In this document: one piece after another, positions 19,976 through 30,121 of the stretch
How the letters are laid out: every line of letters starts with the position of its first letter
Position numbering within the stretch: the first letter of the stretch is position 1
Assembly (NCBI GenBank): GCA_900128585.1
Contig: LT642201.1
Coordinates: forward strand, 1 to 34,867
Source: Stramenopiles sp. TOSAG23-3
Taxonomy: Eukaryota
Length of the DNA stretch: 34,867 nucleotides
Direction: 5' to 3'
Notes under the pieces: generated by a model
What the model was told of the DNA's origin: nothing
The model's input: only the letters and a program-made list of their open reading frames with translations
Database searches by the model: none
Made by a program: the position numbers and the translations under genes

Positions 19976-20653
19976 ATGAACAATAGTCGTTTCGGGTCGT
20001 CTTCGGGGAACCGACCTTTCGGTCGAGTTTTCAGTGGCAGTGGAATGAACTCGAGGTTTGGGTTGACTGGGCGGGAAGAGCTGGGGGATATCATTGGGCA
20101 GCGAGAATTCAAAAACCAAAGGGTGCAATTGTCCCCCCCTCCGAAGACCAGCTCAGGCGGTTTTAGTAAAATGACGATGGCGACCATATTCTTGGCAGGG
20201 ATCGTCGGGAGGACCGTGCTGAAGGCCCTCCTGGGGGACGCGGCCTCGCCGGTCGTGCTCCTTCTGATCGGTGGGTTTTTGTACTATTATCGGCACCAAG
20301 AAAATTTGAAGCAGCAGCAAACTGCGGATGGGTTACGGAGCATGCAGTCGAACATGGGCTCTGTGGAAGGCTTTACCGCCGCTTTTGGGGGGAAAGGTAG
20401 TAGCAGCAGTTTTGGGGGCGGAGCGTCCATGGGCAACGATAGAAATTTCTTCCGTTCGCAGTCCGGGACGATTAAATTGTCCCGTGCAGAAGTGAGCAAA
20501 ATTAGACTATCAAACAATAACTCGTCCTCTCCATCGACCGTTGGAGAGCACGTTTCATTCAGCAAAGGGAAGTCGGAAAGACGAGTGTATCAGGGGAGGA
20601 CGCGCCGGAGGCGTCGGGGGAAAATATCGTCCGTCCCAACTTCCACAGAGTAA
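19976..20653 (+). CDS. Hypothetical small membrane protein (1-2 TM) with G/S/F-rich low-complexity flanks and a basic C-tail
   Basis: GC-rich ORF bounded by AT-rich DNA. Hydrophobic ATIFLAGIVG and PVVLLLIGGFLYYY; RTRRRRRGK near the end. Confidence 0.7.
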   Translation: MNNSRFGSSSGNRPFGRVFSGSGMNSRFGLTGREELGDIIGQREFKNQRVQLSPPPKTSSGGFSKMTMATIFLAGIVGRTVLKALLGDAASPVVLLLIGGFLYYYRHQENLKQQQTADGLRSMQSNMGSVEGFTAAFGGKGSSSSFGGGASMGNDRNFFRSQSGTIKLSRAEVSKIRLSNNNSSSPSTVGEHVSFSKGKSERRVYQGRTRRRRRGKISSVPTSTE

Positions 20654-20897
20654 GTTTAGAAATAATATTTGGAGCGTCCTGATTTTGTTTTTGTTGTGAG
20701 GAGAGAGATTTTGAAAATGCGCCTGCTGGCACACAACAAAATGATCAGTACGAACCCATTATCAAACAAAAAGAATATTAAAATGCAAGTAGAAGCAAAC
20801 CAATTTTTGTGTGCCTCCCCCCTTCCCATCCAGCGCGCCTGCAATTTAAATTTACAAAAATCTTCAGTTGTCCCTCCCCCCACCCTGGTTTCTTCTC

Positions 20898-22283
20898 TCA
20901 CTTTTTCCGTCTATTCAGCCGTGTTTGGACCCATGCGCAGGTGTTGCACTGCCAGTTGTACTTGCAGCTGCGGACTACTTTTCGGCTCAAATATTCTGTT
21001 TTGTTCCATCGAAAATGTGAGGAGAATGCATCAAAGTCTGACTTTAACCGAAGAATGTGCCGGGCAAATTTCTCCATGCCCTTTTCGTTCGACGGGAAAC
21101 TGTTAGTGTGCACGGCCGCCCCGCTTGGCACCATGAATTTGACTTTTTCGGTCCCGTAATACAGCGGTACGGTCCCTGCCTCCAGGGCCATAAAGATTTT
21201 CTCAGTCACGTATGAGTCTGCGTTCGAATTTTCAAACGCTACACTGAATTTATATTTTTTTAAAACTTTCAGTTTTGCTGCATACCAGTCCTTTTGGTGC
21301 CGGGACGTCTGGTCATCCACATTGTGAAAGCACTTTCCATACGAGTCCACTGCAAGTGTCCCGTTCTTCAGCGCCTTGGCAAAGTTTATCAAATACTCTA
21401 TCCACTTCATCCGCTCCCCCGAGCAATTCGATACAAAAATGGCAATATCCCCGCTTCGCTCGAATACAGACTTAGGGTCGTACAGCGAAACGCCTTCGGG
21501 TCGGGTGAAAACAGTCCCGGATTCTAGCCTTTTCCGCATCCTTCGAATGGCCTCGCACCCGTGGCCAAGAAACACGTCCGAGCTCAACCGATAATTAATT
21601 ATGCCATCAAAGCGATATTCTGTTTTAAAGTTGTCCATGGACTCCATGTTCCCTTCGCCGGCGTACAATAATTTGTACTGCTTTTTTTTCCGAAACCAAG
21701 AACGTATACCCCCCCCCCATTTTGTTTTTCTTGTAAACGAAACCATGCGCCCGTTACTGGGCTTGGCGGCCATATGGACAATTGCATGGCACTTTTTGCA
21801 GGACTTTGGCAAATCGTCTGAAATGATACGAAAATTGCACTTCTCGACCAAAGGGCAAGGGATATTCCCACTGAAACCGTGGTTTTCTTTCAGTGCGTCT
21901 AGGCCCCATTGCGTTTTAATCAGCCTATCGTTATAGAGTGCGATTTTAATGGATCTATACTGTTCTGATGAACGTTCCTGCTGGGTCGTCCCTGGGTTTG
22001 CGGGTGCGAGACCTTTGAGAGACGGTGTAGTAGTACGGCTCTCTGCTGGTGTAAACGTTTTCTGCAATGAGCCAACAGTGCGATTTCTCGCAATTGCACT
22101 TGATTTCTGCAATGTTGGTGAATGTACCACGGGCCGCAAGCTAATGGCTCTGTTCGAATCCCCCCGGTTGGCCGCTACTATAAAATAGTTACACAAAGCA
22201 AAACAAACCATCAAAACTATAAGCGCAGTCGCAACAGATCGAAGCAGCGATTTCATAATGCGCTGGGGTTGTGATGAACACAT
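20898..22283 (-). CDS. Glycosyltransferase family 10 (alpha-1,3/4-fucosyltransferase), type II membrane protein
   Basis: N-terminal TM anchor and S/T-rich stem. FVSNC, VDSYGKC and the alpha-1,3-FucT motif YKFSVAFENS..SYVTEKIFMALEAGTVPLYYG. Confidence 0.93.
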   Translation of the reverse strand: MCSSQPQRIMKSLLRSVATALIVLMVCFALCNYFIVAANRGDSNRAISLRPVVHSPTLQKSSAIARNRTVGSLQKTFTPAESRTTTPSLKGLAPANPGTTQQERSSEQYRSIKIALYNDRLIKTQWGLDALKENHGFSGNIPCPLVEKCNFRIISDDLPKSCKKCHAIVHMAAKPSNGRMVSFTRKTKWGGGIRSWFRKKKQYKLLYAGEGNMESMDNFKTEYRFDGIINYRLSSDVFLGHGCEAIRRMRKRLESGTVFTRPEGVSLYDPKSVFERSGDIAIFVSNCSGERMKWIEYLINFAKALKNGTLAVDSYGKCFHNVDDQTSRHQKDWYAAKLKVLKKYKFSVAFENSNADSYVTEKIFMALEAGTVPLYYGTEKVKFMVPSGAAVHTNSFPSNEKGMEKFARHILRLKSDFDAFSSHFRWNKTEYLSRKVVRSCKYNWQCNTCAWVQTRLNRRKK

Positions 22284-23005
22284 ACAATTGAGGGAAACAT
22301 TTCTCTGGGGTTTTTTAATATAAAATCCTCCTCTCGGATATTCATGAATGATTCATTGCACTTACAAGTGAAGAAATTGCTTTTTATTATATTTTTTTAT
22401 TGCGCCGCCGCCGCGACGCATTCATGCACAGCACACATTTTCATTTGAAATAATTTGAAACTGATATAAATTTGATGTTTTTATACTTATGTGAATACCA
22501 TTCTACTTATTTTTAAATAGGGGGAGGCCGGGAGAATATGTAGGCAGGACTGTTAGGAGAACTTACAGGGAGGATGATGACTCTTTAAAAGAATATACTG
22601 GAAGGGTAGTTAATTATGACGCTAAAAATAAATTGGAATATTTGATTGATTTTGGAAAGGAATACAAGAGAAGAGAAAAAGAAGAAAAAAACAAGCGCGC
22701 GATCTCTGTGGTGGTGGTGGTGATGGGTTAGTATTAGGGTTATTTCATAAGCAACGTTATATAAATGATTTCCTTAATATAAAACTAAACAACCATATTG
22801 GGACATACTGATAATCTTAAACTTATCAACTTAGAAAAGAAGAAATATTTATATATTTTTATTAAGGATTGTGTTTATACAATTATATGCTCAGGTGCTA
22901 TTTTTTGATTAAATATAATAGTAGGGGCTTGGATGACATACCACGCTATCAACGTATACTAACGATGCCAGGGCGGTGAAATACGGACTGTCCTCATTTA
23001 AAACT

Positions 23006-24145
23006 TCACAGGAATGCGAATGGCCGAAGACTGCGTACTCTTCCAATTTTACCTGCGGACATTGCTTTCATCAACTTGTTCATCAGTTCCCTTTCTTTGA
23101 TGATGGCTCGGGTTTCTGCGCATTCTGGTGGCATCGATTCTGGCGTATGATAGAGCGATTCTGGCATATGATAGTAACATTCGTTATCATTTGTTCCGCA
23201 AACTTTGCAGGATCTTTGGAAGAACATTGCTCTTTGGCAAGCAAAAGTAGCTGGAAATTGCTTTTTCGTCATAAATTCGTCGACAAGTCTATCGCAACGA
23301 TCGCACAGAGAGCCTTTGCACCTAGAGTTACATCGCAGTCTCCAATTAGTTTTAGCATATTTTGCAAAACCGCGAAAGGCGCTTTCACTGCAAGATTCCA
23401 CATGAGCAGCCTTTAGCTCACGCGTAAAAACCTTTCGCTCTAGCGTGCGGGCAGCACCGCGTAGTGACGAAATAAGAGCCTGCGCTTGCTGTAGCTGCGA
23501 ATGAATATTTGCAAACTGGGCAGCTAACTCTGGAGATAGACCCGGTGTTACTTCTGGTGCAGGTGCTGCGACAGGGGCCGGAGCCGGGGTCGTCCCACTT
23601 TGGCACCCTTTGTTGCAAGCCAGGCAGGTCGCGACCTCGTACGTGTAATCGCACCCAGTGTTCTGCTTCTGCATGGTGAACTTGGTGTCCTTCAGGTCGC
23701 CCTTCATCTGCGACTCGTCGCAGGAAAAGACCACGTTCAGCTGTCTCGGTTCTCCCATTGGGCAGTCCGCTCCGGACCCCACGGCGGTCATTGTCGCGGT
23801 TTGCTTCTCCGTGTCTTCCGTCCAGACCACGGTCGAATCGTCCACCCCAAGGATGTAGCAACGGTCCTCACTGGTCTGGGCGGCCATTCCTTCGAGCACT
23901 CCATCCGGGTCATCCGGGCACTTTTGCGACGATGTCCCGCAAGTATGCAATGTGTACGTGTAGCCCTCTGTCGTTGTGTTCAGTACAAAGGCCGCCAAAG
24001 GTGAAAAATCATACTTGCCCCCTTTCTTTCCACACTCATTGGCCGCAGTATCAAAGTCCAGTGTCCTGTAGTCCAAGGCCTCCGTTTGCGTGGTACAAAA
24101 GGCCGCTAAAAGCGCAGATAGTAAAAGTAATTGTGAAAGCTTCAT
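23006..24145 (-). CDS. Secreted protein: MRH (mannose-6-phosphate receptor homology/ATG27-like) domain, PA-rich linker, coiled coil, Cys-rich C-domain
   Basis: ATG at 24145 (MKLSQLLLLSALLAAFC). KYDFSPL, YTYTLHTCG, AAQ..RCYILG, GADC..PRQLNVVFSC and GCDYTYEVATCLAC. No C-terminal TM. Confidence 0.8.
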   Translation of the reverse strand: MKLSQLLLLSALLAAFCTTQTEALDYRTLDFDTAANECGKKGGKYDFSPLAAFVLNTTTEGYTYTLHTCGTSSQKCPDDPDGVLEGMAAQTSEDRCYILGVDDSTVVWTEDTEKQTATMTAVGSGADCPMGEPRQLNVVFSCDESQMKGDLKDTKFTMQKQNTGCDYTYEVATCLACNKGCQSGTTPAPAPVAAPAPEVTPGLSPELAAQFANIHSQLQQAQALISSLRGAARTLERKVFTRELKAAHVESCSESAFRGFAKYAKTNWRLRCNSRCKGSLCDRCDRLVDEFMTKKQFPATFACQRAMFFQRSCKVCGTNDNECYYHMPESLYHTPESMPPECAETRAIIKERELMNKLMKAMSAGKIGRVRSLRPFAFL

Positions 24146-24680
24146 TGTTTTGTTTAGTGCGCTAATTTTTGATTTAAAATTGTTGGTTCTTATGTTCCTT
24201 TTATATTTAATTTTTTTTATTGTCATTTGTTTTTCTTAATTATCAATGTTGTCAAAGAACTGGGTATTATATTTCAAGAACGGGGAGAAGAAGAGGGTAA
24301 TCGGCGTCGTCGATGTTGTTGGAAAATCGCAACTTTTGATGCTATTCCCATGCTATTCTTGTGGATATTCCGAAGCTCCCCTCAGAATTCCAATAATCGC
24401 ATTGAAAAACGTTGAAGAGAAAAAAATATTGAATCTGCTACCTGCTCCCTCTTCTTGTGCTCTTGCCTCTTGCCTCTTGCGCCTGAAAAGAAATATAATT
24501 CGGATACAGCCTGGTTGGTGTATAAGTACAATACCAGGTATTAATACCGTGCAGTGAACTGAGCTCTCTGTTGTATTTTTTTCTTCTTTCTTTCTTCTTT
24601 ATTAATAGTTATTTTTTTAATATTAAATATAATTGACAATTTTATTATATCTTTTTACATCATTCTTCCGATCATCCATC

Positions 24681-24743
24681 GAGAGGTGTGCGAGATGCAA
24701 CACCGTCGATTGCGAATACGACAAAGGGGAGTGCCAAGTTTAA
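24681..24743 (+). pseudogene. Orphan fragment encoding the C-terminal half of an LNR-like repeat plus stop
   Basis: Frame reads ERCARCNTVDCEYDKGECQV*. There is an in-frame TAA at 24630 and no ATG between it and the fragment. The stretch is a GC-richer island in an AT-rich spacer. Confidence 0.55.
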
Positions 24744-25004
24744 ACCCTCTCCAGTCTTTAAATGACCTGATTTAGTACATTCGCAAATTCGTGAAAGTAT
24801 CGGTCTTTCGACGGATAATGAGAGAGTTGATTATGGTGAGAGTGATGTTGTGAAGGGAGGTTCTGTCGTAAGATTTTCTCAATTTTTGTAAAAACTGAAT
24901 TGCCAAAAACATTTTTTTATTATATGTTGAGAGTCATCTCATTAACCGTTTTATATATATGATAGTTTAAAACTTTTTTGTTTTAATTGTCGAGAGCGAT
25001 ATTA

Positions 25005-25246
25005 TTAAATAACAGCCAATTTTCTTGTTTTTATATGTTTCATCTCCTATGGAATATCTTAAAACAGTGAGATATCGGATGAGGAAGTTGATTACGGTTC
25101 ATATGCAAGCAATGTCGATTTAGATATCGCTTCGGATAGTTCATNNNNNNNNNNNNNNNNNNNNNNNAAATTACAGAATCAAGTTAGGATTAGGGTACGA
25201 CGAAGCTAAATTTAATTACTTAAATAACAGCCAATTTTCTTGTTTT
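25005..25246. repeat. 27-bp direct repeat TTAAATAACAGCCAATTTTCTTGTTTT flanking an assembly gap
   Basis: Copies at 25005-25031 and 25220-25246. Confidence 0.85.
25145..25167. other. Scaffold gap (23 N)
   Basis: Run of n characters. Confidence 0.99.
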
Positions 25247-25347
25247 CTTAAAACATACTATATAATTAGTTTTTTCATATATACTATATATTTTGTTTAT
25301 CATATATGAAAAATTGATAATAAATCATTTTTTAAATTTAGAAATTT

Positions 25348-26634
25348 TTACCGTGAGCTGTACATTCGTACTTTTATTTCCTTCCCGTTCTCGTCGCGGG
25401 TTGCCGTCATGCTATTTCTGGTATTCTTTAGCAGTAGGCTTGCCATGGACTTTCCGGGGGCGACAATGTCTTCCACAAACGGCTTCAAATCTTGCTCCAA
25501 CCACTTGCTTCGCCTTTCAAACAGGGCTGCGAACCGTAACTTGACTGCGGTCGGCAAATCGGTGGCAAAGTACTTCTCGACGTACTTTCCCTCGCTGTCA
25601 GTTTCGACCAGTGCAAATTTATTAATCAAAGACATGTCCAAATTGTTGTTGCGCGCCTGCGCGGTCGAAAGCAAGCCGTACAGGCTGTCCTGCCATGCGT
25701 CCATGAAGTCCTCCATGCGCCACCGCTTTAACCCGGCGCGATCCCCGTCCGTCCGAGAAAGGAGCTGTTTGGCCCTAAACACTGTGACCTGCTCGACTTG
25801 CAACGCATAACTGGACACTTCGTCCTCCAGCTGGTTTGCTATCAAGGTTAGGCCTTGCTCGATCACTTCGGGGAGGTGCTCGTTTCGCAGTTTCTCGACC
25901 AGTGCGATCGATTGAAATTTCTGCGGGTCCATCTTCTCGCCAACAACGATCGAAAGAATTTGATCGATCAGCCTTGTCAGGTAGGCCTTCTCGAACACAC
26001 GGAATTTCCCGTCAATTTCAAACGCTCCCATGTCTGCAAGGGCCTGCTGAAGCTCAGCCTCGGAGCACTGGACAAGTTCGAACAGTTCCGAGAACGCATA
26101 CGGCCGGGCGCTGCCGCTAGCATCGGCACTCCCATCGTTCAGTTTGGCCCGCTTCGCGCGCGTCTCGCCGGACGAATCTATCTCTTCTTCCCCAGAATAG
26201 GAAGTCTGCTCCAGAAGTTTCGATAGCTTGCCAAGGCGTGGAGCAATTTTTGTCATTGTGTATACATTCGGCATTGCCCCGGCGATGACGACGTCGGAAG
26301 TCTCGTCGGCGTTTTCCCCTGGGATCGCCGCGTTCGGGGAGTTCCGTGTGGCCAAGGTTTCGTTGAGCTTGGGCACCAGCAGCATTGTGTTGGAACTCTC
26401 AATCTTTCGAATTTCGAACGTCTCGTCTTTCGTGCACAACACGGCTTCTTCCCCACGCGCCCCTTTGATTCGAAATGTATGTTTTCCCGACACCAGCTTT
26501 TCTCCTAGCGCGCCATCAACTTCGAAGAGTCGATACTTTCCCGACGCACCCTCAGTAGCTAGGCCCCGGTCGTCAAAATCACCCGAAAACCGCAAGACGA
26601 CGCTATCGTCCCCCGTATCATTCGCTTCTGCCAT
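25348..26634 (-). CDS. DCC1: Sister chromatid cohesion protein DCC1 (Ctf18-RFC subunit)
   Basis: YRLFEV, IKG..EEAVLCT..TFEIRKIESSNTMLL, VQCSEAELQQAL..GAFEIDGKFR and LP...KLRFAALFERRSKW...DLKPFVED. Confidence 0.9.
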   Translation of the reverse strand: MAEANDTGDDSVVLRFSGDFDDRGLATEGASGKYRLFEVDGALGEKLVSGKHTFRIKGARGEEAVLCTKDETFEIRKIESSNTMLLVPKLNETLATRNSPNAAIPGENADETSDVVIAGAMPNVYTMTKIAPRLGKLSKLLEQTSYSGEEEIDSSGETRAKRAKLNDGSADASGSARPYAFSELFELVQCSEAELQQALADMGAFEIDGKFRVFEKAYLTRLIDQILSIVVGEKMDPQKFQSIALVEKLRNEHLPEVIEQGLTLIANQLEDEVSSYALQVEQVTVFRAKQLLSRTDGDRAGLKRWRMEDFMDAWQDSLYGLLSTAQARNNNLDMSLINKFALVETDSEGKYVEKYFATDLPTAVKLRFAALFERRSKWLEQDLKPFVEDIVAPGKSMASLLLKNTRNSMTATRDENGKEIKVRMYSSR

Positions 26635-27492
26635 CGTTCTCTTACGTCGTCCTCTTCTCGTATATAGTCAACAGCGTACGTTCTCTAGATAATAACTTTC
26701 CAATTAATCCTAGATATTAAATACACAAACCACTCAATTTAAAAATCAACCAAGCGTGTATTAAACAAACTCTGTTTCTATATATATGTGTGTCATTTAT
26801 TCCATCTCTACTTTCTTCGTTCTCCCTCTCTCCGTCGGTTGGTTCTACTCAAATCAATAATAAATCTCCTCAAATGATTATTTTATTATTATTATTATAA
26901 TAATCTTTTGTTGTTGTCCTCCTCCTGCTGTTATTATGTAATAAGAATACTTTTCTATTATTTTGAAAATGACTCCTCTCCTCTGAAACACAAACAAAAG
27001 AACAAAAGGCGCCAAAACTAATAATCATTTAATGATAGATGATATATGTATTTAATATTATACTTATATTTTAATATATATTATTAGTATACTATATATA
27101 ATACTATATATTTATAATTACCTATTTAATATTATTTATTAAATCTCTTATGGAACTTTCCTTCTTTTTCTTTCTCTCTTTTTTTAAATAAAATAAAATA
27201 TGACTTTTTCTTTTTTCTTCTTCTTTCTTTATTATTAGTCTATATTATATTTATATAATAATGAAGAAGTCAATGCATTAAAATATATACCTTGAATGTG
27301 AATGAAATGGTTGTATTTGTGCGATTGACGAACGTTTTTGCATTTATTGACGATCGCAGGTATGAATGGGAAGAAAGAAAAATACCACACAGTATTCTGG
27401 AAGAATAATTCAACCCCTTTTTTTGATTGTGTTGTGTAGAACTTGGATCTTTCCCCGGGGCCAGGAGTTCGAAGGCAACGAACGAGGGCATC

Positions 27493-29649
27493 ATGGAAAA
27501 TAGCAACGAAAGGCAGCGCGTAAAAGTTTTTATACGGCTGCGCCCACAGTTTAAGAACTCTTATGCAACCAACAGCGAAGATTCGACCAACTGCGACGAC
27601 GTTGTGGATACGTTTAATACTGAAAACAACAGTGTTCGCTTGAAAATCGAAGGCGGGGTGTCTAAAACATATCACTACGACGGATGCCACGGCCCCACGT
27701 CGACGCAGGAAGAGGTCTACGAAGCCAGCAGTAAATCAATCGTCGAATCTGTACTGGAGGGGTACAACGCGTCGTTGATAGCCTACGGTATGACAGGAAG
27801 CGGGAAGACGCACACGATGCTCGGGAACTTGGGCGTGCAGAAGGATGCCGGTGTGATGCCAAGGGCACTTGGTACGATATTTGATCACATCTCGAATGAC
27901 CCTGCAAACATTTACGCAGTATCGTTGTCGTACGTGCAGATTTACCTTGATGAGATCCAGGATCTGCTGCAGCCCACAAACACAAAGATTGGATTGAGGG
28001 AAGATCCTAAAAGAGGGGTTTTTGTATCCAACGTTGCCTCTGTGGATATATACAACATCCAGGACTTTGCCGAGGTGCTGGAGGTCGGGAACAGCAACCG
28101 CGTCTCTGCATTTACGGACTTGAACGCCCAATCGTCCCGAAGTCACGCGTGTTTAATATGCAAAGTGCAGAAGGTGGCCTCCAAGTTGCGAGAAAAAGGA
28201 GCTTCAGCGACAGCGGCAGACGACGAGGAAGACAAAACAATTTTTACTGGAAAACTGTACTGCCTTGATCTTGCGGGTAGTGAACGAGTTAAGAAGAGCG
28301 GGGCCACGGGGGCCCGTTTAGAAGAGGCGAAAAAGATAAACTCCAGCTTGTCGGCGTTGGGGAATTGCATCGCAGCGCTGGCGAGTACGAACAGGCAACA
28401 CATACCTTATCGTAGCTCCACACTCACCCGTTTGTTGCAAGAAAGTTTAGGTGGAAACAGTTTGACTAGCCTGATCTTAACGATGCACGGGGACAAACAC
28501 TGTCTGACAGATACCCTGAGCACGCTAAAGTTCGGGTCGCGGGCCATGAAAGTAAAGAATGTCGTAGCCCAAAATGTCGAAGAAAACAACTACGAAGCGC
28601 TCTGCGAAAGCTTGCAGGACCAGTTGGCAGCGACAAAATCTCAACTGGAGAACATTCGAAGAAAATCTGAGGCCGAAAGCATTGTCACCAGTCATTTAAA
28701 CATGCAGGAACTGGACGTCCTCAAAAGACAAAACAAAGAGCTGACCTCAAAACGTGCGACGTTAGAGGATAGATTGGGAGAAATGGCGCAAGACATGGAA
28801 GCTTTGAAAGGGGAGAAAGAGTTGCTCGGAGAGAGCCTGAAGAGTACGGAAGAATCTTATGCAATAGAAAAAGAAAAGGTGTCGGAGCAGGAGAGGCTGA
28901 TGGCGGGTCGCCAAAAGAGCATAGACACGCTGCAAATTAAATACGATACCGCAAAACATACAGTGAAACAAATGAAGCTGTTGCTGGCAGAAGCGTTGGA
29001 AAACATCCAAACGAAGGACAAGGAAACGAAAACACTGAGAGCGCAAAAGGATGATTTTTCAAATTCACTGTCGAACCTTCGGGGTGATCTTAAAGCGAGT
29101 CAAGATACTATTACCCATTTAAAAGCGTCGGAACACAACTTGCTGAACAAAGTCAAAGCAATGCAAAGGGATTTAAAAGACGGCTTTCTACTCGGTGAGA
29201 AAATTAAGGGAATGGATTCCAGCGATCAAGAATCAGAAGGCTTCACCCAAACACTTCTCGGGGCTGTACGGGAGCAACATGCAAAAGCGATAGAACGGGT
29301 GGAAGAGCTTATGAAAGAAGACAACCAGAGACAAATGAAACTCTTGAAGGAAGGTTACGAGCGAAAGCTGCGCCACGTGAACCGAATCCTGGAAATGGCA
29401 CACATACCGGCGCCATCGTTTGACGATAGTGACTTTGAAAAGTTGCACAAAAATGACAAAAAGGCTGCCGGAAGTACTTCAGCAACCCCTACCGACCCCG
29501 CAATCCCTCAGCTCAAAAAGCAAATACAGAGTATGCAGCGATTGCTTCAGTCTCACAATCATCAATTGTGCGCCCGATGCGGATGGGGGTGGAAGCTCTT
29601 TGATACTTCGGACATCCACAAAAGTTTGGGGGACAAATATGCATTGTAA
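27493..29649 (+). CDS. N-terminal-motor kinesin with long coiled-coil stalk
   Basis: ATG at 27493 (MENSNER). RVKVFIRLRP, P-loop YGMTGSGKTHTM, switch I SSRSH, switch II DLAGSER and HIPYRSSTLTRLLQESLGGNS. Subfamily not assigned. Confidence 0.95.
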   Translation: MENSNERQRVKVFIRLRPQFKNSYATNSEDSTNCDDVVDTFNTENNSVRLKIEGGVSKTYHYDGCHGPTSTQEEVYEASSKSIVESVLEGYNASLIAYGMTGSGKTHTMLGNLGVQKDAGVMPRALGTIFDHISNDPANIYAVSLSYVQIYLDEIQDLLQPTNTKIGLREDPKRGVFVSNVASVDIYNIQDFAEVLEVGNSNRVSAFTDLNAQSSRSHACLICKVQKVASKLREKGASATAADDEEDKTIFTGKLYCLDLAGSERVKKSGATGARLEEAKKINSSLSALGNCIAALASTNRQHIPYRSSTLTRLLQESLGGNSLTSLILTMHGDKHCLTDTLSTLKFGSRAMKVKNVVAQNVEENNYEALCESLQDQLAATKSQLENIRRKSEAESIVTSHLNMQELDVLKRQNKELTSKRATLEDRLGEMAQDMEALKGEKELLGESLKSTEESYAIEKEKVSEQERLMAGRQKSIDTLQIKYDTAKHTVKQMKLLLAEALENIQTKDKETKTLRAQKDDFSNSLSNLRGDLKASQDTITHLKASEHNLLNKVKAMQRDLKDGFLLGEKIKGMDSSDQESEGFTQTLLGAVREQHAKAIERVEELMKEDNQRQMKLLKEGYERKLRHVNRILEMAHIPAPSFDDSDFEKLHKNDKKAAGSTSATPTDPAIPQLKKQIQSMQRLLQSHNHQLCARCGWGWKLFDTSDIHKSLGDKYAL

Positions 29650-30121
29650 TGTATACGTAGCCGAGTCTCTTTCTGGTGGAATTGTTAAATGTATAAATAT
29701 ATAGGGGGCTATATATAAGAACCTCTTGTGGTACCTTGGTACCCGGTACCCGTTCCTGTATCTAATAATAAAAATGACGAGGAGGAGATCCGGGGAGTAA
29801 TATCTTAGACGACTATTATTAATATCATGGTCACAGCAGGGGCAAAAGGTCTGGAAGAAAGGGGACAGCAGCAGGGGTGGTGGGTTGTTGTGCATTTTAT
29901 TGCATTCTTCTTCTTTTTTTCTCAATTTTCTTCATTCTTCAACTTTTGTTAAACAAATCTTTACTAGTCGTCTATAAAATTATAAACGATCACGTCGTGA
30001 AGGTTTTCAAGCACGATAACCAATACGTAAAATATTCGTTTATCTTGAGCTCTATTTTCCTGTGGTTATCACGCTTTACAATACGCAACGGCGTGAACTC
30101 ATAGAGAAGTGAAATATAAGT

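Noticed and set aside
25184-25196. TTAGGATTAGGG telomere-like sequence beside the gap
   Set aside because: Only one perfect unit; expected by chance.
29730-29750. Three GGTACC palindromes within 21 bp
   Set aside because: Probably local slippage duplication; no recurrence pattern that supports a function.
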